Shown: in pieces, positions 27,932-38,790 of the stretch
Layout of the letters: every line of letters begins with the position of its first letter
Numbering within the stretch: position 1 is the first letter of the stretch
NCBI GenBank assembly: GCA_041498295.1
Contig: JBGQIB010000001.1
Location: forward strand, 2,428-66,427
Direction of reading: 5' to 3'
DNA: 64,000 nt
Origin: a bacterium
GTDB lineage: Bacteria > Myxococcota_A > UBA9160 > SZUA-336
Position numbers and translations under genes: made by a program
Notes under the pieces: model-generated
Databases searched by the model: none
Told to the model about the DNA's origin: nothing
Seen by the model: the letters and a program-made list of their open reading frames with translations, nothing else

Positions 27932-29347
27932 TCAAAGGCCCGAGCCGGATCCCTGCGGGCGCGGCTGCGACAGATCGTCGGCAGAGCAGACGAGATTCCG
28001 GCCGAGCGCCTTCCCGAGATACATCGCCTTGTCGGCCAGATCGAGCAGCCGCTCGCGGCTCTCGCCGTGCATCGGGAACGTGGCGACGCCGATGGAGATG
28101 GTGAGTCGAACGTCGAGACCGCGCTCGGCGCCGAACGGGTGATCGGCGACCGATTGGCGGATGCGGTCGGCGACGGAGAGCGCGCCGTCGAGGCCCGTGT
28201 CGACGAGCAGGATCGTGAACTCGTCACCGCCGTAGCGGCCGACGGTATCGATCGCGCGCACTGAATCCTGCAACAGCGCGCCCAGCTCGCGCAGCACGCG
28301 CGAGCCGATCAGGTGACCGAAGCGGTCGTTCACCGCCTTGAAGCGGTCGAGGTCAAGGAACAGCACGGAGAGCTTGCTCTGTGCGCGCGACGCGCGATTC
28401 ACTTCCCGGTCGAGCGCCGCGAGCAGATAGCGCGCGTTGTACAGGCCGGTGACGTCGTCGACGAACGCCTTCTCGCGCGCCTGAAGGAAACGCTCCGAGT
28501 TGATGAGCGCGAGCTCGGCTTGCTCGACGACGAGCTCCGCTCGCTCCAAGTCGTCGCGCGCGAACGCCCGGCCGTCGGAGAAGAGCCAGATGCCGCCCGC
28601 GATGCGGCCCTCGACGCGCACTGGAAGCGCGAGCAGCTGGCCCTCCTCGAGACCGAACTGCGCGAGCGCCGGCGACATGTCTTCGAGCGCCGAGACGGCC
28701 GTACGCTCGAGCTCCGTCGGATCGAAGAGCTTCCCCTCCTCGATCAGGCCGCGCAGCTCGCCCGTGCGCTCCGTCGCGAAGCCGCGCAGCTCGACGCCTT
28801 CGCCCACGTGCGACGGCAGATCGACCAGCCGCGCGATCGCACGCGTGCGCCCAGTGACTCGTAGGACGATGTCGAGCGCGAGCGGTAGGACATCGCCACT
28901 CTCGAGACAGGACGCGAGCGGGCGCGCCGCCTCGAACGCCTGGATGCAACCCCGGAGTGACTCGTTCTCGTCGATCAAGCGGCGGCGAAGCAAGGTGCGC
29001 TTCACCCCGTAGGTGATCTCGGGCGCCGACACCGGCTTGCGCAGGTAGTCGGCCGCGCCGAGGCGCATCGCCTGCAGCGCGCTCTCGAGCGACGCGTAGC
29101 CGGTGAGCACGATGACCTCGGTGTGCGGCGAGGCGCGCTTCACGCGCTCGAGCAGCTCCAGCCCGTCCATCTCGCGCATCGAGAGGTCGGTGATGACCAG
29201 GTCGAACGGGCCTTCGTCGCCCAGGCGCGACAGCGCCTCGCGGCCCGAGGCGGCGGTGGCGACGCGGAAGCCCTCCTGGACGAGCGCGTCTCGCGTCATC
29301 TCGCGAATCAGGCGGTCGTCATCGACCACCAGCACACGCTTGTCCAC
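27932..29347 (-). CDS. Response regulator with REC-GAF-GGDEF architecture (diguanylate cyclase).
   Basis: VLVVDDD...DLVITDLSM receiver. GAF-like middle. RYGGDEF active site. GTG start at VDKRV. Confidence 0.85.
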   Translation of the reverse strand: MDKRVLVVDDDRLIREMTRDALVQEGFRVATAASGREALSRLGDEGPFDLVITDLSMREMDGLELLERVKRASPHTEVIVLTGYASLESALQAMRLGAADYLRKPVSAPEITYGVKRTLLRRRLIDENESLRGCIQAFEAARPLASCLESGDVLPLALDIVLRVTGRTRAIARLVDLPSHVGEGVELRGFATERTGELRGLIEEGKLFDPTELERTAVSALEDMSPALAQFGLEEGQLLALPVRVEGRIAGGIWLFSDGRAFARDDLERAELVVEQAELALINSERFLQAREKAFVDDVTGLYNARYLLAALDREVNRASRAQSKLSVLFLDLDRFKAVNDRFGHLIGSRVLRELGALLQDSVRAIDTVGRYGGDEFTILLVDTGLDGALSVADRIRQSVADHPFGAERGLDVRLTISIGVATFPMHGESRERLLDLADKAMYLGKALGRNLVCSADDLSQPRPQGSGSGL

Positions 29348-29404
29348 GCCTGGGCCCCTCCGCTCGCGAGTCTCCGTTGCGCAGAATCGGCCCCGAATAG
29401 AGCG

Positions 29405-29426
29405 GAGTTGAGACACCGTTCGGTGT
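29405..29426 (-). terminator. Candidate terminator hairpin downstream of purN (GACACCG-TTC-GGTGTC).
   Basis: Perfect 7-bp stem seen in sequence, followed on the transcribed strand by a moderately U-rich stretch. Confidence 0.35.
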
Positions 29427-29453
29427 CGCTGGCGCGGGCGAACCGGGGCGTCG

Positions 29454-30068
29454 TCAGGGGCGGATCCTGACGCGCCTGCCCACGATCGAGAGGCGCCCCT
29501 CCGCGTGCAGCTGCACGGCGCGGGGGTAGAGCTCGTACTCGACCGCCGCGACGCGCTCGGCAAGCGTTGCGGGCGTGTCGTTCTCACGCACGTCGATCGC
29601 TTGTTGCAGGATGATCGGCCCCGAGTCGTACTGCTCGTCGCAGTAGTGAATCGTCGCGCCGGTCACCTTCGCGCCGTAGTCCAGCACCGCTCGATGGACT
29701 CGCTCGCCGTAGAAGCCCTGGCCACAGAACGCCGGGATCAGCGCGGGGTGAGTGTTCATCGCGCGCCCGTTGTAGCCGCGCAGCTCGATTCTCGAGAGAA
29801 AGCCCGCCAGCACGAGAAGCTCGGGCGGATCCTTTGCGAGCACGGCATGGAGCGCGTCGTTGAACGCGCGCTCTTCGCGGTGCTCCTTGCGAGACACGAC
29901 GTGCGCGGTGATTCCATGTCGGCGCGCCCGCTCGAGTCCTGGGGCCTCTGGCTTGGACGAGATCACCGCGGTGAACTCGACGTCGAGGGCGCCCTTCGCG
30001 CGCTCGGCGACGAGGCGCTCGAAGGTCGTGCCTCGGCCGGAGAGCAGTACCGCGATGCGGAGGGTCAC
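29454..30068 (-). CDS. purN: Phosphoribosylglycinamide formyltransferase.
   Basis: GTG start. Formyl-transferase motifs (NTHPALIP, HYCDEQYDSGPII). Confidence 0.9.
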   Translation of the reverse strand: MTLRIAVLLSGRGTTFERLVAERAKGALDVEFTAVISSKPEAPGLERARRHGITAHVVSRKEHREERAFNDALHAVLAKDPPELLVLAGFLSRIELRGYNGRAMNTHPALIPAFCGQGFYGERVHRAVLDYGAKVTGATIHYCDEQYDSGPIILQQAIDVRENDTPATLAERVAAVEYELYPRAVQLHAEGRLSIVGRRVRIRP

Positions 30069-30125
30069 TCGCGAAGCCTAGCGGACGGAGCGTGGGCAGG
30101 GTGCCCACGCGATGATCGGGAAGCG

Positions 30126-30162
30126 GAGGCGCCTTCCGACTCGTCACCGGAAGGCGCCTCAC
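30126..30162 (-). terminator. Strong GC-rich hairpin (14-bp stem GGAGGCGCCTTCCG/CGGAAGGCGCCTC), then a second 7-bp hairpin (30098-30114), downstream of the giant OMP gene.
   Basis: Seen directly in the 114-nt spacer between the OMP stop and the purN start. Confidence 0.45.
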
Positions 30163-30182
30163 TCATCCCTTCCCGAAGGAAG

Positions 30183-33100
30183 CTACCAGGTGTAGCGGAA
30201 GCGGAGCTCCGCCTGATCGCGGTTCAGCACGGGTGCGGCGCCGCGGCCGAGAACCGCGCTGTTGTATTGCTCGATCGACCCATACTGGGCGATCGGGAAG
30301 TACGCGCCCTGCGCGGTGGATACGTGACCGAAGAAGTTCGAATACCCGATGCTGGTCGAGAACGCGTCATTCCACCGGTACGAGAGACCCGTGAGTACGG
30401 CCGCCTGTTCCTCCAGCGGCCAGTACACCATCGACACGCGCGGCGCGAGCCGATCCTGGAAGTAGCCGGTGAAGAACGTGAGCACCATCTGGGTCGAGAA
30501 CGGACCCACCGAGGTCTGATACATCCCGTCGTTGTTGCGCCTGCCGCCGACGTAGTTCGGGAGGTAGCGCACGAACATCTGGAAGTTCAGGAAGAAGCTG
30601 CGGTTCGGGTTCAGGAAGTTGAAGAACGTCGGGCGGTCGACGGAGAGCGAGAGCACCATCTCGTCGGACTGCGACAGACCCGAGAACTCCTGAGTGTTCG
30701 CGAACAGCTTGCGCGCCATCCACGAGAACTCGACGCCCCAGCTCGTCTTCGTGACGTCCTCCGCGAAGTCGAGACCGAACCCGAACACGTTCTTCTTCTG
30801 GTAGCGCAAGGACACCTGGCGGCCGCCCTGCCACAGGAAGTCGCGGCGCCCGAAGCGACCGTCGCCGCCCGCCTTCTTGATCGGCAGTGTCTGGGTCGTG
30901 CCGCCGACGATTCCCGCGACCGTCTTGCAGAACACTGGTGAGCGCGGCGGCAGGCCGTTCGGGAACTTCGCCTTGAACTTCGCGCTGCCGGGCGCTTCGT
31001 CGAGCCGGTACGGATCGTACTGCGCCGCGTCCTGGAGGACGTCGCCGCGCAGGCCGCTGCCGCACAGGATGTTGTCATCCGTAATCGGGCCAGAGCTGTA
31101 GTCGTCGAGGCCGTCCCAGATCCCGTCCTTGTCCTGGTCGAGGTCGCTTATGCCATCGGCGTTGATATCGCGCGGCAGCTTCACAGTCACTTCGCTCCTT
31201 CCGAAGAGCTCTTCGCGCTGCGGCTTGGTCATCTGCACGTGGTGCTCTACCCCTGCGGAGTCGACGACGCTGACGATTTGGCCGGAGAAGAGCAGGCTCA
31301 GCTTCTTGAGATCCGCCTGCTGGAGGGCCGCGAGATTCACCTTGCGCGCTCCGATGGTGGTCGGCGGGAGGTTCGGGTCGTTCGGCTCGTCGACCTCCGC
31401 GACCGTGAAGCCGATCGGCAGGTCGATCACGAGCGGCAGCTTGGACTTTGTGTCCGTGGGATCGTGCAGGGTCGCGCTGACGTCGTAGAGACACTGCGCG
31501 GTCCTCTTGCACTCGACGTTCGGGTCGAAGGTCAGGAGGCGGGTGAGGGCCTCTTGCTTGTCGGCCGGGGCCACGATCAGAGCGTTGTCTCCCACGCGCC
31601 GCGCGGGCATGACCTCGAAGTCGACCTCGTCGTCTCGGAACACCATCTGGTTTCGCGTGAAGATGCCGTCCGGGCCAGAGATCGGGTCCCCGTGGGCTTG
31701 CTTCGCGGTGCTGCCGCTGCCCCAGTTCGAGAGCTCGGTGAGGCTCTCGGGTGGATCGAAGATGCGATCGAAGCCGATGATCTCGCCCGCGATCAGCAGG
31801 CGTTCGAAGTTCGCCGACGCGGTCTCGAGCGCCGTGCAGCCGTGGTTGAAGGGGGTGCTCGAGACGGCGGCATCGAGGGTGTTCATCCAGCGCCCGCAGT
31901 ACTCGCCGTCGATCTGAGAGTAGGACGTCGCTGCCCCGGTCTGGTTCTTGTCGATGAAGTTCCACTGGTTGAGCGGGCTCGAGAGATCGAACGGGTTGTT
32001 CGGGTCGTTCTCGAAGACGATGGCTCCGAACTTCTTCCTGGCCTCCGGGTCCACCTTCCACGGCATCGGCTCGACCCAGCCGTCGGCCTGCTTCGGGTCG
32101 TTCGGGTCGTTCTGGAACTCCGCGCGGCCGACCCGGCCCAAGTCGATCACTTGCTGGGGCGTGATGTCGAGGTAGTGGCCGCGCTCGATTTGTGCGGGGG
32201 GGAGCCCTGGAATCGGGATGAACACTACGGTGCCGTCGCGGCTGTAGTTGATCCCGGGCTCGTACACGAGCTGTCCCTTCGGGCCCACCCGCGTTCCGAC
32301 CAGGGCACCCGGCGAGACCGCCTTCAGGCCGGTGAACTCCTGCGTAACGACGCTGGCGTCGGCGTTCATCAGATCGATGCCACCGAACTGATCACCGGGG
32401 CGGCGCTTCAGGGACGCCAGGATCGCCGGGTCGAGCGCCCAGACTTGTGCCTGTGCCGAGCTGCAAGGGGATGCGTATGCCGCGCCGCAGCCGAGTAGAG
32501 CCGCCTGTTCGGGCAGGAGGTTGAGTCCGAGGTCCTGATCGAATGAGTCCTGACGCCCCTTCGGATTGACCGCCAGGAACTCGGTCTCCAGGAAGGAACC
32601 GAGCTGCTGCCCGACGTTGTCGTAACCGTTGGGCTGGGTGCGAATCGTGTCGGTGCCGTCGAGCACGAGGGCGCCGAGACCGCCCAGGCCACCGAGGATA
32701 TTGGAAATGAAGCCGAACGTACCCGGGTTGTTCAGGCGGTCGAAGGCGCAGTAGCCCTCGTCCTGGTCGAACGTGTAGGCGCAGATCGAGTGGAAGAGTG
32801 TCTGGTTTACGTTGTGCAGCGAGGCGATCGCCTCGGGAGCGCGCAGGTGCTGGCGGCCGTTCTCGGGATTATTGGGGTCGTTCGGGTCGTTGAACGGGTT
32901 GCCCCAGAGCAAGCAATGGCCACCGCTCGCGAAGGTGTCGTCGCCATCGCCCGGGATACCGTTCGGACCGACGGCCTGTCCTTTCGCGTTCTTGCGGATG
33001 GTGCACTGCCCGCCCGCGCGCGTGGCCGTCGAGAGCGGGGCGCCCGTGGAAAAATCCGCCGTTCGCTCGTACTGCTGTACCAAGTTGAGATAGAAGCCAT

Positions 33101-35543
33101 CATCCCAGCCCCAGAAGTCGGAGACCGCGAACGTGAAGCGATCCAAGCGACCCTCGAGGCGGGCGCCGTAGTCCCAGGTCGCCCAGCTGTTGTAGTCGTG
33201 GTTGGGCCGCTGTTCGCCGGCGACGCCGATGGCCGCGAGGCCTGACGCCATCGCGCCGAAGCTCTTCAGGCAGATCAAGTCGACGGCGCCGCCTTCGCCG
33301 CACTTGCCGAGGTCGGTGGGCGTGAATTTGTTGAAGATCCAAAGAAGCTCGAGACGCAGGTCCTCGATTGGACCTACCCGCATGAACATCTCGGGCGAGA
33401 TCGTGACGTCTGCCGCCCACTGACCGACGCGCTGCTCTTCGAGCGGACCGAACAGGCCGTTGCCGATGTCGAGCGGGTTGTTGCGGTCCTGGTTGCGGAA
33501 CAGCTCGGTCTTGCCCCAGATCACGATCAACTTGCCGACACGCGCGAACACCTGGCTGTCCGCCATCTCGAACTCGAGATAGCCCTCGGCGAACTCGTGC
33601 TCCTGCTGGCTCGCGCCGTGGTTCCACGCCAGCTCGTCCTCGTTGAATTTCAGGTCGAGCTGCGACACCACGGCCTTGTGAGTGGCATAGAAGTTGGCCG
33701 TGCCCGGCGCCTGGAAGTCGATCCCGTTGCCCTTCTGCCGCGGCCGCGCGGGAATCTGGAAGCCGTCGCTGTCGCTGTAGAGGAGGAGGTCCGTGGCGTC
33801 GAGCGGTTCGTTGGAGGCCTGCGCCGGGCGAGCGCGGATATCTGCCAAGAGACTCAGCACCTCGTACTGAACCTGCCTTGATTTGGTGGCGTTGACCTGG
33901 ATGCAGCGGCCGTCGCCGTTGACGCCGATGTTGGGTGTCGAGGTGAAGTTCGCGCGCGAGAGCGCGCCGCAGCCGGCGGCAGACGCTTGCGCGGTGATGT
34001 CGGCGCCATTGGTTGCCGTGCACTTCTTCGTCACCAGGTTGAACGTGCCGCCGATCCCGCCGGTTGAGGTCTGGCAGCCCTGTAGGGTCACGTAGTCAGG
34101 GTTGTACTCACCGTACAGCTCGACTGTCTTGGAGATGCTCGGGTTGTTCGCCGTCGGCACCGTGATCTGAGCCGTATCCGAGAACACGTGGATTCCGCTG
34201 TCGCTCACGTTGAATCGATCGGTCGGGATCGGCGCTGCGAGCGTGTAGCCCGCGGCCTGCCCGGTTGGGTTGTTCGCGACGAACGGCAGATCGTCCGCGG
34301 TGTCGCGAATGCCATCGGGCCCGATGAAATACGGATCCGACCTCTTCACCGTGATGGAAGGAACGATGATCTTATTCCCGTCCGCGTCGATAATCGTCGG
34401 CGCGCCGACGACGTCCGCGCTGAGATCATCCGCGACACCAGTCTCGTACTGTCCGAACCAGTTCAGGCCTCCGGCATTCGCGAAGTAGCCCTTCGGATTG
34501 ATCGGGGTGTTGATCGTGGCCAGGAACGGCGTAATCGCGCTCCCGATCTTGTTCGAGCCCCACTTCGCCGTGAGCAGCTGCGGGGACAGCGCCTTCGAGA
34601 AGATCGCGAAGCGGTTGGGATCGGGGCGGGTGCCGAGAAGCTCCGGGATGTTGGCGTCGAAGGTGGTCTGTGTCGTGCCGAGAATCGCGTCGGCCTCCGC
34701 GGTCGCCGCCTGCGCCGCGGCCTGGTCGCCGGCTTTCTGGGCCAGCGAGGCCTGGACGATCAACGTGCGCCGCAGCGACTCCTGCGTGATCGAGAGCGTA
34801 TTGCCTCCGATCAGGAGGTTCCGCAGGCGGTTGAACTCGCCTTCACCGATCGTCGGGCGCGCCGAGCTGAGCAGTGACTCGCGCGAGAGGCGCGAGAAGT
34901 CGCCGCTGCGAACCTCGATGAACTGAGGTAGACCCGGCTTCAGCGGGCCGTCGAGCGGTGTGCGCTGATTCAGGTTGCAGAAGGCCGCCAGCGGGAACGG
35001 GTTCTGGAAGATGCCCGGCGGGTTCTCGCACTCGCGGTAGCGCCGCCCCGGGTTGTACTCCTTCCGGGCGTCCGTGAGCGTTCCGGGAACGTAGATCTGT
35101 TTCAGCAAGCCGCCGAAGAACGGGGACGGGTTCTGGACGCCCGCCTGCAGGCTCGCGGGTTGGCGAACGGCTTTGCGCGAGGCGTCGCCGTACGAGTCCG
35201 CGGCGTTGAACAGGCCGCAGGCTCGCGTATAGATGCAGTCGTAGCTCGCGAGCACGCGCGTGAACATGAACATCGAGTCGAACGGCCCGAAGCCGTCCGG
35301 GAAGAGCGACAACTCGAACTCGACCGAGAGCACGTGCCGGAACTGCGAGAACGTGACGGAGTTTGCCGGCAGGTCTTCGCCAGTGAACAGCAAGCGCGCC
35401 TCGTAGAAGCCGTGAATCGAGAACTTCCGCTCTCCGGGCAGATCCCACTCGAACGCCTTCGCGCGGTTCGCCAGGCCGACGCCCGTGATCAGGATACCGA
35501 GGACCAGAGCAGCAAGTCTGCCCGCAGCTAGCCTTCCCCTCAT
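30183..35543 (-). CDS. Giant (1786-aa) outer-membrane protein. DUF1302/AupA-like N- and C-terminal beta-barrel segments flank a ~1400-aa Gly/Asp/Asn/Pro-rich insertion carrying thrombospondin-type-3-like DPNDPN calcium-binding motifs.
   Basis: Signal peptide. N-terminal FSIHGFYEARLLF. C-terminus ...AELRFRYTW (aromatic terminal residue). Motifs NDPNDPNNPENG, NDPNDPKQADGW, ENDPNNPFD, DQDKDGIWDGLDDY. Confidence 0.7.
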   Translation of the reverse strand: MRGRLAAGRLAALVLGILITGVGLANRAKAFEWDLPGERKFSIHGFYEARLLFTGEDLPANSVTFSQFRHVLSVEFELSLFPDGFGPFDSMFMFTRVLASYDCIYTRACGLFNAADSYGDASRKAVRQPASLQAGVQNPSPFFGGLLKQIYVPGTLTDARKEYNPGRRYRECENPPGIFQNPFPLAAFCNLNQRTPLDGPLKPGLPQFIEVRSGDFSRLSRESLLSSARPTIGEGEFNRLRNLLIGGNTLSITQESLRRTLIVQASLAQKAGDQAAAQAATAEADAILGTTQTTFDANIPELLGTRPDPNRFAIFSKALSPQLLTAKWGSNKIGSAITPFLATINTPINPKGYFANAGGLNWFGQYETGVADDLSADVVGAPTIIDADGNKIIVPSITVKRSDPYFIGPDGIRDTADDLPFVANNPTGQAAGYTLAAPIPTDRFNVSDSGIHVFSDTAQITVPTANNPSISKTVELYGEYNPDYVTLQGCQTSTGGIGGTFNLVTKKCTATNGADITAQASAAGCGALSRANFTSTPNIGVNGDGRCIQVNATKSRQVQYEVLSLLADIRARPAQASNEPLDATDLLLYSDSDGFQIPARPRQKGNGIDFQAPGTANFYATHKAVVSQLDLKFNEDELAWNHGASQQEHEFAEGYLEFEMADSQVFARVGKLIVIWGKTELFRNQDRNNPLDIGNGLFGPLEEQRVGQWAADVTISPEMFMRVGPIEDLRLELLWIFNKFTPTDLGKCGEGGAVDLICLKSFGAMASGLAAIGVAGEQRPNHDYNSWATWDYGARLEGRLDRFTFAVSDFWGWDDGFYLNLVQQYERTADFSTGAPLSTATRAGGQCTIRKNAKGQAVGPNGIPGDGDDTFASGGHCLLWGNPFNDPNDPNNPENGRQHLRAPEAIASLHNVNQTLFHSICAYTFDQDEGYCAFDRLNNPGTFGFISNILGGLGGLGALVLDGTDTIRTQPNGYDNVGQQLGSFLETEFLAVNPKGRQDSFDQDLGLNLLPEQAALLGCGAAYASPCSSAQAQVWALDPAILASLKRRPGDQFGGIDLMNADASVVTQEFTGLKAVSPGALVGTRVGPKGQLVYEPGINYSRDGTVVFIPIPGLPPAQIERGHYLDITPQQVIDLGRVGRAEFQNDPNDPKQADGWVEPMPWKVDPEARKKFGAIVFENDPNNPFDLSSPLNQWNFIDKNQTGAATSYSQIDGEYCGRWMNTLDAAVSSTPFNHGCTALETASANFERLLIAGEIIGFDRIFDPPESLTELSNWGSGSTAKQAHGDPISGPDGIFTRNQMVFRDDEVDFEVMPARRVGDNALIVAPADKQEALTRLLTFDPNVECKRTAQCLYDVSATLHDPTDTKSKLPLVIDLPIGFTVAEVDEPNDPNLPPTTIGARKVNLAALQQADLKKLSLLFSGQIVSVVDSAGVEHHVQMTKPQREELFGRSEVTVKLPRDINADGISDLDQDKDGIWDGLDDYSSGPITDDNILCGSGLRGDVLQDAAQYDPYRLDEAPGSAKFKAKFPNGLPPRSPVFCKTVAGIVGGTTQTLPIKKAGGDGRFGRRDFLWQGGRQVSLRYQKKNVFGFGLDFAEDVTKTSWGVEFSWMARKLFANTQEFSGLSQSDEMVLSLSVDRPTFFNFLNPNRSFFLNFQMFVRYLPNYVGGRRNNDGMYQTSVGPFSTQMVLTFFTGYFQDRLAPRVSMVYWPLEEQAAVLTGLSYRWNDAFSTSIGYSNFFGHVSTAQGAYFPIAQYGSIEQYNSAVLGRGAAPVLNRDQAELRFRYTW

Positions 35544-35611
35544 CGCATTCCCCTCTCTACCTTCCTTGCACTTGCGACCGCGGCGCTTCCCTCACACCGC
35601 GATTGCGACGT

Positions 35612-38600
35612 TCAGCCTGCTCTGGCCGCAATTGGAAGCGGCTCGGAGTTACCCAAGTGATGTTGCTGCGTGACCTCGCTAAGTGACGCGGCGAAGAATT
35701 TCGGGCGAAAGATCGAGAAGCACGCCGGGACCAGATAGATCGCCCCGAGCATGTTCACGAACATCAGGATCGAGAGGAGTTGCGCCATCTCGGCCTGAAA
35801 ACGGAGGCCGCTGAAGGCCCATGCGACGATCCCGCCGATCACGGTCGTCGCGGTAAACGACACGGCCATGCCCGTGGTTCGGATCGCGCGCCGGATCGCC
35901 TCGTCCAGATCGCCGAGCCAGGAGTACTCCTGGCGAATGCGATCGGTGGTGTAGAAGGCGTAGTCGACGCCCACCCCGACACCGACCGATTGCACCGGCA
36001 ACGTCTGGATCGTGAGCCCGGTCTCGCGCCACGCCATCCAGGCGAGCGAACCGATGGTCGCAGTCGCGAGGCTGAACACGATCACGAGCCCCGCGATGTT
36101 CGAGCGGTAGCTGATTGCGACGAACAGGTAACAGATCAGGAAGATCAACAGGATGTTCGCGACGTGTCCGCGCTCGACTTCCTCGTTCACGGCCGCGTAC
36201 ACGCCCATGATGCCGCCCGCGAGCACGAACTCCGCGCCGCGCGTGTAGGTGTTCGTGCGCTGCGGGTCGAACGACTTGTCGTTGAACTTCGTGTTCCGAG
36301 TCCAGAGCTCGTACCCGCAGTACGTCCGGCAGTAGCGGAGTGTCTGCGCGGTGATGTTGCCCTCGTCGTTCTTCCATTCTTCGTCGACGTAGAACTTGCT
36401 GCGCTCGACGATGTAGTGGACGAGCTCGCCGACGGTCGCGAAGCGCGAGATCGCGTCGCCCGCGGAGCGATCGACCGTCTCGATGCGGTAGTCGTGGTCC
36501 GCGGAGAGTTTCTCGGCGACTTTCTCCAGGCGCTCCGAGTCGAACTCGAGATCCTTGAAGCGGTCACTCGCGGTGACGGGACCGAGCTTTCTTCGCGACT
36601 CCGCTTGGAGCGCCGCGGCGACCTCAGTGAGGACGTCGTCGGCTTTCACGGGCTCCGACCACTTCCCGACTCGGATCGGCTGCTTCGACTGGTAGCCCGT
36701 GATCTTCTGGTCTTCGTTGATGTCCGCGACCTGTACGGTCATCTGCGAGTGTCTCGGGAACAGGATCGGCCCGACGAGGTAGTACGCGGCGTCGAACGGC
36801 TCGCCGCGGTCCTGCACGAGGCGCACGTTGATCCGCCCCATCGGATTCTTCTCGATGAACTCCTGCGCGTAGTGGACCGCGCGCTTGATCGTCGCTCCCT
36901 TGTGATCGCGGAAGTAGAACGTGATGTTCGCGTCCTCGGCGTCGTCCGTGAGATACGGGCGCAGGAAGCCGGGCGCACTGTTCTGCTGCAGCTGAAAGAC
37001 GATCCCGCCGATGGTCTGCGCGGCGTCGGGGACGAAGCCCCATTTCGGATCGTTGTAGTGATTCACGAGCCAGTACTGCTTGATGACGTCGACGAGCGAG
37101 ACGGTCTGGCCGACGTCCACGTAGCGCTTCATGTAGCGCTGCATCGCTTCCATGCGCTGCAGGACCGCACCGTCCGAGCTCGCGCTCTTGCCGTCGCCGT
37201 CGACGAAGATCGTCATCTGATCCACGCCGCCGAAGGTCTCGCCGATCTTCCCGGTCGCGACGTTGTACGGGTGATCGGGCCAGAAGACCGGTGAACCGGG
37301 GCGACTCTCTCCGATCGTCGTGTGATACAGCACGTACCAGGTCGCGAGCACGAGACCGAGCGCCGTACCGCCGACGAGCGCCCACTTACTGACTGGGCCG
37401 GTGGCGATGCGCCCGGTCGTCGTCAGGAAACGCTGCATCCACGCCGGGGTGAAGTGATGGAAGTCGTGCGGCGGCGGCAGGTACGAGATCATGATCGGGT
37501 GGAGCATGATCACGTTGAAGATGATCGCGACGACCCAGAACGAGCCGAAGATCGACAGGTCGCGCATGGTCTGGATCGTCGTGAGGAAGCAGACCCCGAG
37601 GCCCGCTGCGTCGGCCAGGATGCCGAGCATGCCGGGCAGCATTAGCTTGGCCATCGCGGTAGTCGCGGTCTCGACCTTCGCGGCCTCGAGTTCTTCGGCG
37701 CTGAGTGAGCGGCCGAGCCTGTGCTCGCCCGCCTTGCACGCCATCTCGTAGTCTTCGAAGAAGCGCTCCGCCATCTGGATCGTGTGCGAGATGGAGCGCG
37801 CCGTGATGAGCAGCGGAATCACGAGCACGAGCGGATCGAGCGTGATTCCGACCCAGGCGCAGAAGCCCAAGCCCCAGATCGAAGTCGCCAGACCCGCGAC
37901 CATCGGGATCGCCACGCCGTGCAGCCGGCGGAAGTAAGCCAGCAACAGGAAGAACAGCGCGACGATCGTGACGAGCAGGTAGTAGACGATCTGGAACTGC
38001 GAATCGATCACGTAGCCCGTCGCCATGGGCGCGCCCGAGATGTAGATTTCTGCGGTGCCGTCGGCCTCTTCCTCCGCCTTCAGGTTCCGGAGGTAGTTGA
38101 AGAGCGCCGTGTAGGCCTCGCGGTTGTCGAGGTTCTGCGTGATGAAGCCGGCGGTGATGAAGCACGCGCGGTGATCGCGCGACACGAGCTGTCCGTAGAT
38201 CGGGCCGGGATTCTCGAGGACCTTCTGCTTGAGCTTCGCGAGCTCCCCCGGTTCCTCGGGAGTCTCCTCGATCAGCGGCGTGGCTTCGATCGCGCCGTCG
38301 GGCTGGATCGTCATCACGCGCGTGTTGATGTGCGTGAGGCTCCGAACCTGGTAGTGATTGACGTTCGGCGCCTGGTCGAGCTTGTCCGTGATGCGAGAGA
38401 CTTTCTGCAGAAAGTCGTAGTCGTAGATCTCGCCGTCCTTCTTGATCGCGACGATCGCGATCGTGGAGGCGGATCCGAACTTCCCCGCGAACTTGTCCTG
38501 CGCGTGGATGTACGGGTGCTCGGGGAAGGTCTTACGCACGTTCGCGTCCATGCGGAAACGCGCCGGCGACCCGAACAGGAGCTTGCCTTCACCGGTCTCG

Positions 38601-38788
38601 CTGCGCTGCGCGGTGAAGTTGTAGTAAGCGGCGTTGACGAGCGGGAACACGAAGAAGAGCGCGAGACTCAGGAGAGTCATCAGAGTCGCAAACCGGTACT
38701 TCATGATGAGCCGCCCGAAGCGCATCGAGAACGCGCTCTCCGGGAGGTTCTCCTCCATGAAGTCCGGCGGTCGCTGACCCTCGGGCAC
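35612..38788 (-). CDS. RND-superfamily (MMPL/COG1033-type) exporter with two 6-TM bundles and two large periplasmic domains. GTG at the ORF start; MRFGRL or MKYRF ATGs are alternatives.
   Basis: Twelve predicted TM segments in two repeats. Architecture typical of the transporters that accompany DUF1302/DUF1329 genes. Confidence 0.8.
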   Translation of the reverse strand: MPEGQRPPDFMEENLPESAFSMRFGRLIMKYRFATLMTLLSLALFFVFPLVNAAYYNFTAQRSETGEGKLLFGSPARFRMDANVRKTFPEHPYIHAQDKFAGKFGSASTIAIVAIKKDGEIYDYDFLQKVSRITDKLDQAPNVNHYQVRSLTHINTRVMTIQPDGAIEATPLIEETPEEPGELAKLKQKVLENPGPIYGQLVSRDHRACFITAGFITQNLDNREAYTALFNYLRNLKAEEEADGTAEIYISGAPMATGYVIDSQFQIVYYLLVTIVALFFLLLAYFRRLHGVAIPMVAGLATSIWGLGFCAWVGITLDPLVLVIPLLITARSISHTIQMAERFFEDYEMACKAGEHRLGRSLSAEELEAAKVETATTAMAKLMLPGMLGILADAAGLGVCFLTTIQTMRDLSIFGSFWVVAIIFNVIMLHPIMISYLPPPHDFHHFTPAWMQRFLTTTGRIATGPVSKWALVGGTALGLVLATWYVLYHTTIGESRPGSPVFWPDHPYNVATGKIGETFGGVDQMTIFVDGDGKSASSDGAVLQRMEAMQRYMKRYVDVGQTVSLVDVIKQYWLVNHYNDPKWGFVPDAAQTIGGIVFQLQQNSAPGFLRPYLTDDAEDANITFYFRDHKGATIKRAVHYAQEFIEKNPMGRINVRLVQDRGEPFDAAYYLVGPILFPRHSQMTVQVADINEDQKITGYQSKQPIRVGKWSEPVKADDVLTEVAAALQAESRRKLGPVTASDRFKDLEFDSERLEKVAEKLSADHDYRIETVDRSAGDAISRFATVGELVHYIVERSKFYVDEEWKNDEGNITAQTLRYCRTYCGYELWTRNTKFNDKSFDPQRTNTYTRGAEFVLAGGIMGVYAAVNEEVERGHVANILLIFLICYLFVAISYRSNIAGLVIVFSLATATIGSLAWMAWRETGLTIQTLPVQSVGVGVGVDYAFYTTDRIRQEYSWLGDLDEAIRRAIRTTGMAVSFTATTVIGGIVAWAFSGLRFQAEMAQLLSILMFVNMLGAIYLVPACFSIFRPKFFAASLSEVTQQHHLGNSEPLPIAARAG

Positions 38789-38790
38789 GT